NCBI GenBank assembly: GCA_013298995.1
Contig: JAAFJW010000001.1
Location: forward strand, 1,047-65,046
Length of the DNA: 64,000 nt
Source of the DNA: Sphingobacteriales bacterium
GTDB taxonomy: Bacteria > Bacteroidota > Bacteroidia > Sphingobacteriales > Sphingobacteriaceae
Direction of reading: 5' to 3'
Positions 20,494-27,910 of this stretch are shown here, in pieces. The number at the start of each line of letters is the position of its first letter. The first letter of the stretch is position 1. The translations under genes were made by a program, and so were the position numbers. The notes beneath the pieces are model-generated. The model did no database searches. It was not told the origin of the DNA and saw nothing but the letters and a program-made list of their open reading frames with translations.

Positions 20494-21705
20494 ATGAAAA
20501 TCATTCTGCCGCCTAATATTCAAAAACGACCTCATTACATAAATAGGGTTTTGCCTTTTATGGGTAAGCAAATTTTGAAAGTATTTACGGGGCAGCGTAG
20601 GGTGGGTAAAAGTTATTTGCTTTTTCAACTAATGGCAATTATTGAAGAAACCAAACCAGAGGCACATATTATTTACATAAATAAAGAAGATTTAGCATTT
20701 GCATACCTAAAAAATGCAGATGATTTGTATGCTTATGTACTTGCAAACAAAACCAATAACGGGTTTACTTATTTATTTATTGATGAAATTCAAGATATTT
20801 TGGAGTTTCACACCGCACTTAGGTCGCTTTTGTTGCTCAACGATGTAGATATTTATTGCACCGGAAGCAATGCCCATTTACTTTCGGGCGATATAGCAGG
20901 ATATTTAAGTGGTAGATATATTGAAATAGTAGTATATAGCTTGTGTTATGAAGAGTTTATGAGCTTTCATAATTTAGAAAATAGTGTAGCTACACTAGAA
21001 AAATACCTCAAATACGGTGGGCTGCCTTATCTTAAACATTTACCATTACAAGATGAAATTGTATTTGAATATTTAAAAAACATATATGCCACCATTGTAT
21101 ATAGAGATATAATAAATAGATATGCCATAAGAAATATTCCGTTTTTAGAGCAGTTGGTTTTGTTTTTGGCTGGAAATATTGGGAGTTTGTTTTCTGCAAA
21201 AAAAATTAGCGATTTTTTAAAATCACAACGTACAAACATTGCACCTAACCAAGTGCAAACGTATATTCATTATTTAACATCCGCTTTTTTAATACACCAA
21301 GTAAAACGATATGATTTGGTAGGCAAACGACTATTTGAGATAAGTGATAAATATTATTTTGAAAATCTAGGTATTCGCCATGCTTTGTGGGGATATAAAA
21401 TAGAAGACCGTGGCAAAATAATAGAGAACGCAGTTTACAACCATTTACTCTATCAAGGTTATACGGTGAAAGTGGGTATCATTGGCGATGTAGAAATAGA
21501 TTTTGTAGCAGAAAAGCAAGGAGAAATTAAATATATACAAGTTGCCTTATCGTTGAACGAAGAAAAAACAATAGAAAGAGAGTTTGGAAATCTTAAAAAA
21601 ATAAAAGACAATTACCCCAAAATGGTGGTTACGCTTGATGAATATGATGGAAATACCCATGAGGGGATAATTGCTATGGATTTAAGGAGTTTTTTAAGCG
21701 AATAA
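20494..21705 (+). CDS. AAA-family ATPase with DUF4143-like C-terminal domain (copy 1)
   Basis: 403 aa. Walker A GQRRVGKSY, Walker B YLFIDEIQ, and a C-terminal region with EIDFV (restriction-endonuclease-like tail typical of AAA_14/DUF4143 proteins). Confidence 0.8.
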   Translation: MKIILPPNIQKRPHYINRVLPFMGKQILKVFTGQRRVGKSYLLFQLMAIIEETKPEAHIIYINKEDLAFAYLKNADDLYAYVLANKTNNGFTYLFIDEIQDILEFHTALRSLLLLNDVDIYCTGSNAHLLSGDIAGYLSGRYIEIVVYSLCYEEFMSFHNLENSVATLEKYLKYGGLPYLKHLPLQDEIVFEYLKNIYATIVYRDIINRYAIRNIPFLEQLVLFLAGNIGSLFSAKKISDFLKSQRTNIAPNQVQTYIHYLTSAFLIHQVKRYDLVGKRLFEISDKYYFENLGIRHALWGYKIEDRGKIIENAVYNHLLYQGYTVKVGIIGDVEIDFVAEKQGEIKYIQVALSLNEEKTIEREFGNLKKIKDNYPKMVVTLDEYDGNTHEGIIAMDLRSFLSE

Positions 21706-21833
21706 ATTATAACTCAAAGAACCCATAAAAAAAGAGCTTTAAAACTTAAAATTTTAGAGGTACTTTTTGTAAAATGCTTAAAAAAAGAAATTTTAAAGCA
21801 AAATAATTAAATTTGATAATTAAGTAATGTGTT

Positions 21834-22066
21834 ATGAAATTTGAAACGATAGATATTAAAATCAATAAAGGAGTGCAAGCCTTACACATTACTAAAAAAT
21901 GAGAATTAACGATGATAAAGCATATCTAAAAAAAGTAGGCAATGCTTTGTATATTATTTCATTTCACAATGCTTGGCAAAATCTTTTTGATAGCCTATAC
22001 TGTTTTACTTCTGATTTTATGGAGGATAGAAATCAACTTTTAAGCCAAAAAAGAGAATTGTTGTAA
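21834..22066 (+). pseudogene. VapB/AbrB-like antitoxin gene with a frameshift
   Basis: MKFETIDIKINKGVQALHITKK stops. The +1 frame continues MRINDDKAYLKKVGNALYIISFHNAWQNLFDSL...QKRELL*. Confidence 0.55.
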
Positions 22067-22190
22067 TGATGGAATATTTACTGGACACAAATATTTGCAT
22101 TTATAGACTATTTACTAAGCAGAAAAATGTGAAGATAATATGATACTCTTGGATACATCAATTTTAATAGACTATTATTTCAACCGATAA
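22066..22190 (+). pseudogene. Two successive PIN-toxin 5' stubs
   Basis: MMEYLLDTNICIY... joins a copy of the vapB-vapC junction (GACTATTTACTAAGCAGAAAAATGTG, compare 23270-23295). A second stub MILLDTSILIDYYFNR* follows. Confidence 0.6.
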
Positions 22191-22218
22191 AAAATCTTAT
22201 ATTTTTGTTTAAAAAAAT

Positions 22219-22416
22219 ATGGAAACAATCATCATACAACCACAATCAAAAAAAAAATTAACTTCCTTAAAGGCTTGTATAAAAGCATTAAAAATTGAAT
22301 TTAAAACTATAGATACTAAATACTCGGAAAGTTTTGTAGAAAAAACACTTTAAGGTAGAGAAGATATTAAAAACGGAAAAGGTATTAAAATAGCGATTGA
22401 GGACTTATGGAAATAA
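22219..22416 (+). pseudogene. Small antitoxin-like gene with in-frame stop
   Basis: METIIIQPQSKKKLTSLKACIKALKIEFKTIDTKYSESFVEKTL*GREDIKNGKGIKIAIEDLWK*. The stop overlaps the next stub's ATG. Confidence 0.45.
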
Positions 22417-22451
22417 TTTTCAGTCCCAAAGCAAAAAAATCAAATACTTAG
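22407..22451 (+). pseudogene. RelE/ParE-type toxin 5' stub (14 codons)
   Basis: MEIIFSPKAKKSNT*. The start is typical of RelE/ParE toxins, and the gene is truncated just before the MNT gene. Confidence 0.4.
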
Positions 22452-22470
22452 CAATATAAGTTAAACCAGC

Positions 22471-22788
22471 ATGAACCAAGCCCAAATATACCAACAAATT
22501 AAAGCCACAGTATATGGGTATTTACCCAATAGCAAGGTGCTACTATTTGGCTCACGAGCAAGGTTAGATTTTAACCCAAACAGCGATTACGATATTTTGG
22601 TGGTAACCCCAAATGCAATTGCCCCAAAAGAAAAAATGAATTTAGAAAGTGCCATAAGCAAGCAATTAGTTTATTTAATAAAAGCACCTTTTGATGTATT
22701 GTTGCACAGCCAAAAAGAAATTGATTTAAAGAAAAACTCAAACGGTTTCATAGTTTTTCACGCTTTAAAAGATGCTATTGAATTATGA
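22471..22788 (+). CDS. Nucleotidyltransferase (MNT-type, partner of HEPN)
   Basis: 105 aa. Pol-beta-like motif LFGSRARLDFNPNSDYDILVV. Followed by an overlapping HEPN start (ATGA). Confidence 0.75.
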   Translation: MNQAQIYQQIKATVYGYLPNSKVLLFGSRARLDFNPNSDYDILVVTPNAIAPKEKMNLESAISKQLVYLIKAPFDVLLHSQKEIDLKKNSNGFIVFHALKDAIEL

Positions 22789-22895
22789 CAGATAGCGATA
22801 AAGAAGTACTTTTACAATGGTTGCAAAAAGCCGAACACGATTTAATTGCCGCCGAAATTAATATATTTACAAAAAACACTAAATTTGTAAATTAA
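22785..22895 (+). pseudogene. HEPN-domain toxin 5' stub (36 codons), present twice
   Basis: MTDSDKEVLLQWLQKAEHDLIAAEINIF then TKNTKFVN*. The second copy starts at 22960 within the tandem duplication. Confidence 0.65.
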
Positions 22896-23054
22896 AATCT
22901 AAATTTTATGTTAGCACTTAGAGGAACATACCAAACGCCTTAAAAGATGCTATTGAATTATGACAGATAGCGATAAAGAAGTTATTTTACAATGGTTGCA
23001 AAAAGCCGAACACGATTTAATTGCCGCCGAAATTAATATATTTACAAAAAACAC

Positions 23055-23062
23055 TAAATTTG
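23055..23062 (+). promoter_or_regulatory. Bacteroidota -7 box (TAAATTTG) inside the palindrome TTTACAAA-N10-TTTGTAAA
   Basis: 21 bp upstream of ATG 23083. The same motif is at 22880-22887 in the duplicated copy. Confidence 0.4.
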
Positions 23063-23082
23063 TAAATTAAAATCTAAATTTT

Positions 23083-23313
23083 ATGTTAGCACTTAGAGGA
23101 ACATACCAAAACGGGAATATCGAACTTGAAAAAAAAGTAGAAACCACTCAAAAAATGGAAGTAATTGTTACATTTTTGGAAGAGCCTATAAAAAAACGAA
23201 GTAAAGAAGAATTTTTAGAATTGTTAAAAAATGGACCTATAATGTCGGATGAACAATACCAAGACTATTTACTAAGCAGAAAAATGTGGAATACAAACGA
23301 AATAAGTGAATGA
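23083..23313 (+). CDS. Putative antitoxin of the downstream PIN toxin
   Basis: 76 aa. The N-terminus LRGTYQNGNIELEKKV resembles small beta-barrel antitoxins. The stop overlaps the vapC ATG (ATGA). Confidence 0.5.
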   Translation: MLALRGTYQNGNIELEKKVETTQKMEVIVTFLEEPIKKRSKEEFLELLKNGPIMSDEQYQDYLLSRKMWNTNEISE

Positions 23314-23690
23314 TACTTTTAGATACAAGCATTTTAATTGATTTTTACAGAAAGTCTAATAAAGAAAATTCACACCTTGTAAAACTAAACAGTACATACG
23401 ATATTATTTTTGCATCACAAATAACTTTTTTTGAAATTTATATAGGTTCTAATCAACAACAAAAAAATTTTTGGGATAATGTATTTAACCAAATCACAGT
23501 TTTAGATTTTGATTTCAAGGCAACGAGTTCAGCTGTACAGATTTACAAACAACTAAAAGCTCAAAATAAACTTATCGAAACGGCCGACATTTTTATTGCC
23601 GCAACAGCAATTGCTAACAACCTATCGTTAGCAACCTTAAACACAAAACATTTCAATAGGATTGAGAATCTTAAAACGGTTAGTTTATAA
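23310..23690 (+). CDS. vapC: PIN-domain toxin (VapC-like)
   Basis: 126 aa. MILLDTSILIDFY (first acidic residue), FFEIY, IETADIFIAATA and ATLNTKHF are typical of VapC. Confidence 0.8.
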   Translation: MILLDTSILIDFYRKSNKENSHLVKLNSTYDIIFASQITFFEIYIGSNQQQKNFWDNVFNQITVLDFDFKATSSAVQIYKQLKAQNKLIETADIFIAATAIANNLSLATLNTKHFNRIENLKTVSL

Positions 23691-23757
23691 CCACTAGCTA
23701 CTAACTACTAATAACTAGCTACTAATAACTAACCACTATCTACTAACAACTAATTGC
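23691..23757. repeat. CTA-rich tract, the inverted counterpart of 15459-15532
   Basis: CCACTAGCTACTAACTACTA (23691-23710) is the reverse complement of 15470-15489. Degenerate units continue to about 23757. Confidence 0.85.
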
Positions 23758-23762
23758 TAAAA

Positions 23763-23909
23763 TACGCATTGACGAAACCAACGACCGTAGCAAAAAAGGC
23801 GAAAGCGACATAGTTTGGAGCCTTAAAGACATTAACTTTGAGATACAACAAGGCGATGCCGTAGGCATTATTGGCCGTAACGGTGCAGGTAAAAGCACTT
23901 TGCTAAAAA
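23763..23909 (+). pseudogene. Internal fragment of a second wzt allele (Walker A region only)
   Basis: Aligns by hand to 25398-25545 of the intact wzt with 15 mismatches in about 147 nt. It encodes ...[46 protein letters not shown]. The track ORF 23743..23958(-) is its antisense shadow. Confidence 0.85.
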
Positions 23910-24089
23910 TGTAAATAAATAAAAATGTTGTAAGTTGTTTAAAAATATTTTCCAGCAACTTATAAAATCTATAACATTAAAATTATGGTCTAAAACCAAA
24001 ATTTTTAAGTAATAATACCTTACAATTTCCTTATTTTTACTCTAAAATAGATACCTATTTTATTTAGAATTAAATTAGACAAAAATTCA

Positions 24090-24097
24090 TACTTTTG
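24090..24097 (+). promoter_or_regulatory. Bacteroidota -7 box (TACTTTTG)
   Basis: About 65 bp upstream of ATG 24162. Confidence 0.35.
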
Positions 24098-24161
24098 TTG
24101 TATAAGGTTTTAATATTTAAGAAATCACACATCAAAAATTAACACCTACTACTATTTACGC

Positions 24162-25130
24162 ATGCTCGATAAACAATTTCCAGAGATAATTTCCTTAATC
24201 AAACAATCAAGAAATTATGCTTTAAAAGTAGTAAATACAACTTTGGTTGATTTATATTGGAGTATTGGCGAATATATTAGCAATAATATTAAAAATAAAA
24301 ATTGGGGAGATAGTGTGGTTGAACAGTTGGCTTTGTATATTGTACAAAACGACTCTAACCTTAAAGGTTTTTCTGCCAAAAACCTTTGGCGAATGAAGCA
24401 ATTCTATGAAACGTATAATGATTTTCCAATTCTCTCATCAATGACGAGAGAATTGAGTTGGACGCACAATCTTACTATTTTTTCAAGATGCAAAACCCAA
24501 GAAGAACGTGAATATTATCTCAACCTCTGCAAAACAGAAAATTATTCAGTTCGAGAATTAGAAAGGCAAATATCAGCATCTAGCTACGAACGCAAAATGC
24601 TATCAAAACCAATTCTCTCGTCATTGATGAGAGAATTGCAAATAAATGACAATCATGTATTTAAAGATAATTATGTGTTTGAATTTTTGAATTTGCAAGA
24701 TTCGCATTCTGAAAATAATTTGCAAAAAGCGTTAATTTTACAACTCAAAAATTTTATGTTAGAAGTAGGCAAAGATTTTTTATTTGTATCCGATAATTAC
24801 TGTTTGCAAGTAGGAAACCAAGATTTTTACATTGATTTGCTATTTTATCACCGAAGCTTACAATGTTTAGTTGCATTTGAGCTGAAAGCAGATAGGTTTA
24901 AACCCGAGCATTTGGGTCAACTTAATTTTTATTTGGAAGCCTTAGACAGAGATGTTAAAAATGCAAAAGAAAACCCAAGTATTGGCATTTTGCTTTGTAA
25001 AGATAAAGATACCGAAGTGGTAGAATATGCCCTAAACCGTAGTCTTTCACCTACTATGGTGGCAGATTATACAATGAAGCTCCCCGACAAAAAGCTATTG
25101 CAACAAAAATTACACGAAATGTTGAAGTAA
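24162..25130 (+). CDS. YhcG/DUF1016-family PDDEXK-type nuclease-like protein
   Basis: 322 aa. N-terminal region ...LVDLYWSIGEYI...KGFSAKNLWRMKQFYETY...RELSWTHN. C-terminal D...ELK core (IDLLFYHRSLQCLVAFELK). Confidence 0.75.
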   Translation: MLDKQFPEIISLIKQSRNYALKVVNTTLVDLYWSIGEYISNNIKNKNWGDSVVEQLALYIVQNDSNLKGFSAKNLWRMKQFYETYNDFPILSSMTRELSWTHNLTIFSRCKTQEEREYYLNLCKTENYSVRELERQISASSYERKMLSKPILSSLMRELQINDNHVFKDNYVFEFLNLQDSHSENNLQKALILQLKNFMLEVGKDFLFVSDNYCLQVGNQDFYIDLLFYHRSLQCLVAFELKADRFKPEHLGQLNFYLEALDRDVKNAKENPSIGILLCKDKDTEVVEYALNRSLSPTMVADYTMKLPDKKLLQQKLHEMLK

Positions 25131-25270
25131 AATTAAAGCAAACAATCTTTTCTAATAAACCAAACTCAATTCAAATTTTGTTAAACACCGCAATAAAAGT
25201 ACAAAAACCCCTCTCCATCTCCCCAAAGCGGAGAGCTAACATTGTATCACACATAAATTTATTATTTTAA

Positions 25271-26515
25271 ATGAGCGTAGCAATTAAGGTAGAGAATTTA
25301 AGCAAAGCCTACCAACTGGGCGAAATAGGTACCGGCACCATAAGCCGCGATTTAGAACGCTACTGGGCCAAACTACGTGGCAAAGAAGACCCTTTTTTAC
25401 GTATTGGCGAAACCAACGACCGTAGCACAAAAGGCGAAAGCGATATTGTATGGAGCCTAAAAGATATTAATTTTGAAATAAACCAAGGCGATGCCGTAGG
25501 CATTATTGGCCGCAACGGCGCAGGTAAAAGCACCTTGCTAAAAATACTAAGCCGAGTTACCAGCCCCACCACAGGCAGCGTAAAAGTAAAAGGCCGCATA
25601 GCCAGCCTGTTAGAAGTAGGCACAGGCTTTCATCCCGAACTAAGTGGCCGAGAAAATATTTTCTTAAACGGAGCCATATTAGGTATGCGCAAAGCCGAAA
25701 TTAAAAAACATTTTGATGCCATTGTTGATTTTGCAGGCGTAGAGCGTTATATAGACACTCCCGTAAAACGTTATAGCAGCGGTATGTATGTACGCCTAGC
25801 CTTTGCCGTTGCCGCACACCTCGAAAGCGAAATTTTAGTAGTTGATGAAGTTTTAGCAGTAGGCGATGCCGAGTTTCAAAAGAAGTGTTTAGGTAAAATG
25901 GGCGATTTAAGTAAGGGGGAGGGGAGAACGGTGTTGTTTGTGAGCCATAATATGGGGGCGGTAAGAGGATTGTGTAATAAAGGGGTGATTTTAGTAAACG
26001 GACAAAACAAATATTTTGATAAAATTGAAAATGCGATAGAATCCTATTTATCAAATCAAACTTTAAAAATCAATAATCTATACATAAATAATAAATATAA
26101 GCAAGATTCTAAAATCATAAAAAAAATAGAAATTAAAACCAACTTTAAAAATAGGTTTGATGTCAATTATCCTATAGAAATTAATTTTGAATTAATTAAT
26201 AATTGTTTGAACGATGTTGTTGGGGTACAAATTTTAAATAATAAAGAAGAAATTATTATACATTCATCTAACGAATTTCATAGTAATAACACCTTTAATA
26301 ATAATTTTAAATGTGTTATACCACCAAATACACTAAATGTCGGTAAATATGTTTTGAATTTCGTATATGCCATACGAAACAAAGAATACTACGAGAAAAT
26401 TGAGGGAAAAATAATAATTGAAATTGGAGATTATTTATTTGACACAGCTCTTACATTGGCCGAAGAGTGGAAAGGTGCGTTAAATCCCAAAATTTTAGCA
26501 TGGGAAAATATTTAA
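25271..26515 (+). CDS. wzt: Polysaccharide export ABC transporter ATP-binding protein with C-terminal extension
   Basis: 414 aa. Walker [13 protein letters not shown], signature YSSGMYVRL, Walker B ILVVDE, H-loop VSHN. About 160 aa of AT-rich C-terminal domain lie where Wzt carbohydrate-binding modules occur. Confidence 0.9.
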   Translation: MSVAIKVENLSKAYQLGEIGTGTISRDLERYWAKLRGKEDPFLRIGETNDRSTKGESDIVWSLKDINFEINQGDAVGIIGRNGAGKSTLLKILSRVTSPTTGSVKVKGRIASLLEVGTGFHPELSGRENIFLNGAILGMRKAEIKKHFDAIVDFAGVERYIDTPVKRYSSGMYVRLAFAVAAHLESEILVVDEVLAVGDAEFQKKCLGKMGDLSKGEGRTVLFVSHNMGAVRGLCNKGVILVNGQNKYFDKIENAIESYLSNQTLKINNLYINNKYKQDSKIIKKIEIKTNFKNRFDVNYPIEINFELINNCLNDVVGVQILNNKEEIIIHSSNEFHSNNTFNNNFKCVIPPNTLNVGKYVLNFVYAIRNKEYYEKIEGKIIIEIGDYLFDTALTLAEEWKGALNPKILAWENI

Positions 26516-26532
26516 TATTTTTATATAACAGG

Positions 26533-27096
26533 ATGTTATATTTTTTACAACATTCTAAGTTATTTAAAATTGTAATCGCTATTTTTTATATTATTTCCGA
26601 GTTTGAAATGCTTATCCAATTTCCAAATGATTTTATCATCTTCAGAAAAATCTATTTTTATCTCATCAGAATTAAAATAGGCAAAAAATCATATATAGGT
26701 AAAAACGCCATCTTGTACAGAGCACATCAAATAAGTATTGGCAACTATGCCTCTATTGGAGAGAATTGTATGCTACACGCACATGCCAATATTAAAATTG
26801 GCGATAACTTTTTGGCAGCACCAGGCTTAACAATTAATTCAGGCGGTCATAATCTAGAGACCTTACAACCTATTTCAAAGGAAATTATAATTGGTAATAA
26901 TGTATGGTGTGGCCTAAATGTAGTCATACTATCTGGAGTTACTATTGGTAATAATGTAGTAATTGGCGCAGGTGCAGTTGTTACCAAAAATGTAGCATCA
27001 AATGTATTAGTGGCAGGCAATCCTGCCAAAGTATTAAAAAATATTAACCGAACCGAAGAAATTTGGACTTGGCATAACTCAAAATGTAATGATTAA
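26533..27096 (+). CDS. Hexapeptide-repeat (LbH) O-acetyltransferase
   Basis: IGNNVWCGLNVVILSGVTIGNNVVIGAGAVVTKNVASNVLVAGNPAKVLK. The start is uncertain (GTG 26467, ATG 26500 or ATG 26533). Confidence 0.7.
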   Translation: MLYFLQHSKLFKIVIAIFYIISEFEMLIQFPNDFIIFRKIYFYLIRIKIGKKSYIGKNAILYRAHQISIGNYASIGENCMLHAHANIKIGDNFLAAPGLTINSGGHNLETLQPISKEIIIGNNVWCGLNVVILSGVTIGNNVVIGAGAVVTKNVASNVLVAGNPAKVLKNINRTEEIWTWHNSKCND

Positions 27097-27898
27097 ATTG
27101 CTTAAACACTTACTCGTTAATAATACTAGTTGGTGGTTTTACCCTACTTTTTTAAAAAAAAATCCCAAAATTGCTTTTCAAAGAGGTGAATGGTTAAAAA
27201 ATTATGATAAAGAAACTATCAAAAATTACTTTAAAAAAAGCATTGTATTAAACGGCATCTTTAAAGGGTTAAAATATCCGTCTTTAGATTCATTTGGTAG
27301 TGCATTATACCCAAAACTTATAGGCTCTTATGAGTATGAAATACAAGATATACTTAAACAATTATTAAGTAATCATAATTACAACACTTTCGTGGATTTT
27401 GGATGTGCAGAAGGCTATTATTTAACAGGAATAGGCATAAGTAAAAATGAATTAAAACTAATAGGGGTAGATGTTTCTGATACAGCCTTATCTTTATCTA
27501 AAAAGATGCTAGAATACAATAACATCGAACCCAAAAGGTATCAATTAACAAAAAACCTTGATTTTGCACTTTTTAATGAAAATAAAAAGTTTTTACTTAT
27601 TGTAGATTGCGAGGGTTACGAATCAATATTGATTGATAAAATAGAACAAAAAAACATTTCAAAAATTGATTTTATTATAGAATGTCATGATTTTTTAATA
27701 CCCAACATTACAGCCAAATTGGTAGAAAAACTTAAAAAAACACATCAAATAAAAATTATTAAATCTACACCTGATGAAGACAAAATAACCTATTTACCCG
27801 CAAATTTATACTTATATACCAAAGCATCGAAGTTAAATTTAGTAGCAGAAGGAAGACCAGAAATTATGAACTGGATAATTGCAGAATCAATTTTATAA
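27089..27898 (+). CDS. Putative SAM-dependent methyltransferase (FkbM-like)
   Basis: Motif I-like FVDFGCAEGYY and an FkbM-like VDCEGYE. Recognised by motif only. Confidence 0.45.
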   Translation: MIKLLKHLLVNNTSWWFYPTFLKKNPKIAFQRGEWLKNYDKETIKNYFKKSIVLNGIFKGLKYPSLDSFGSALYPKLIGSYEYEIQDILKQLLSNHNYNTFVDFGCAEGYYLTGIGISKNELKLIGVDVSDTALSLSKKMLEYNNIEPKRYQLTKNLDFALFNENKKFLLIVDCEGYESILIDKIEQKNISKIDFIIECHDFLIPNITAKLVEKLKKTHQIKIIKSTPDEDKITYLPANLYLYTKASKLNLVAEGRPEIMNWIIAESIL

Positions 27899-27910
27899 TA
27901 AAGTAATTAT

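Larger units (their letters stand above)
22761..23110. repeat. Tandem duplication, 2 x 175 bp
   Basis: 22761-22935 and 22936-23110 are near-identical. Each holds the MNT 3' end, the HEPN stub, a palindromic promoter and the first 9 codons of the vapB-like gene. Confidence 0.85.

Noticed and set aside
15459-23757. Bacteroides-style invertible promoter (fin-type switch).
   Set aside because: Known invertible promoters are a few hundred bp between the inverted repeats. Here the repeats are 8.2 kb apart and no invertase gene is present. It is retained only as a generic inversion or recombination hypothesis in the findings.
26467-26532. Extended N-terminus of the hexapeptide acetyltransferase overlapping wzt.
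   Set aside because: The GTG-initiated extension is a hydrophobic, AT-rich read-through with no motif. A downstream ATG gives a normal-length LbH protein, and the start remains uncertain.
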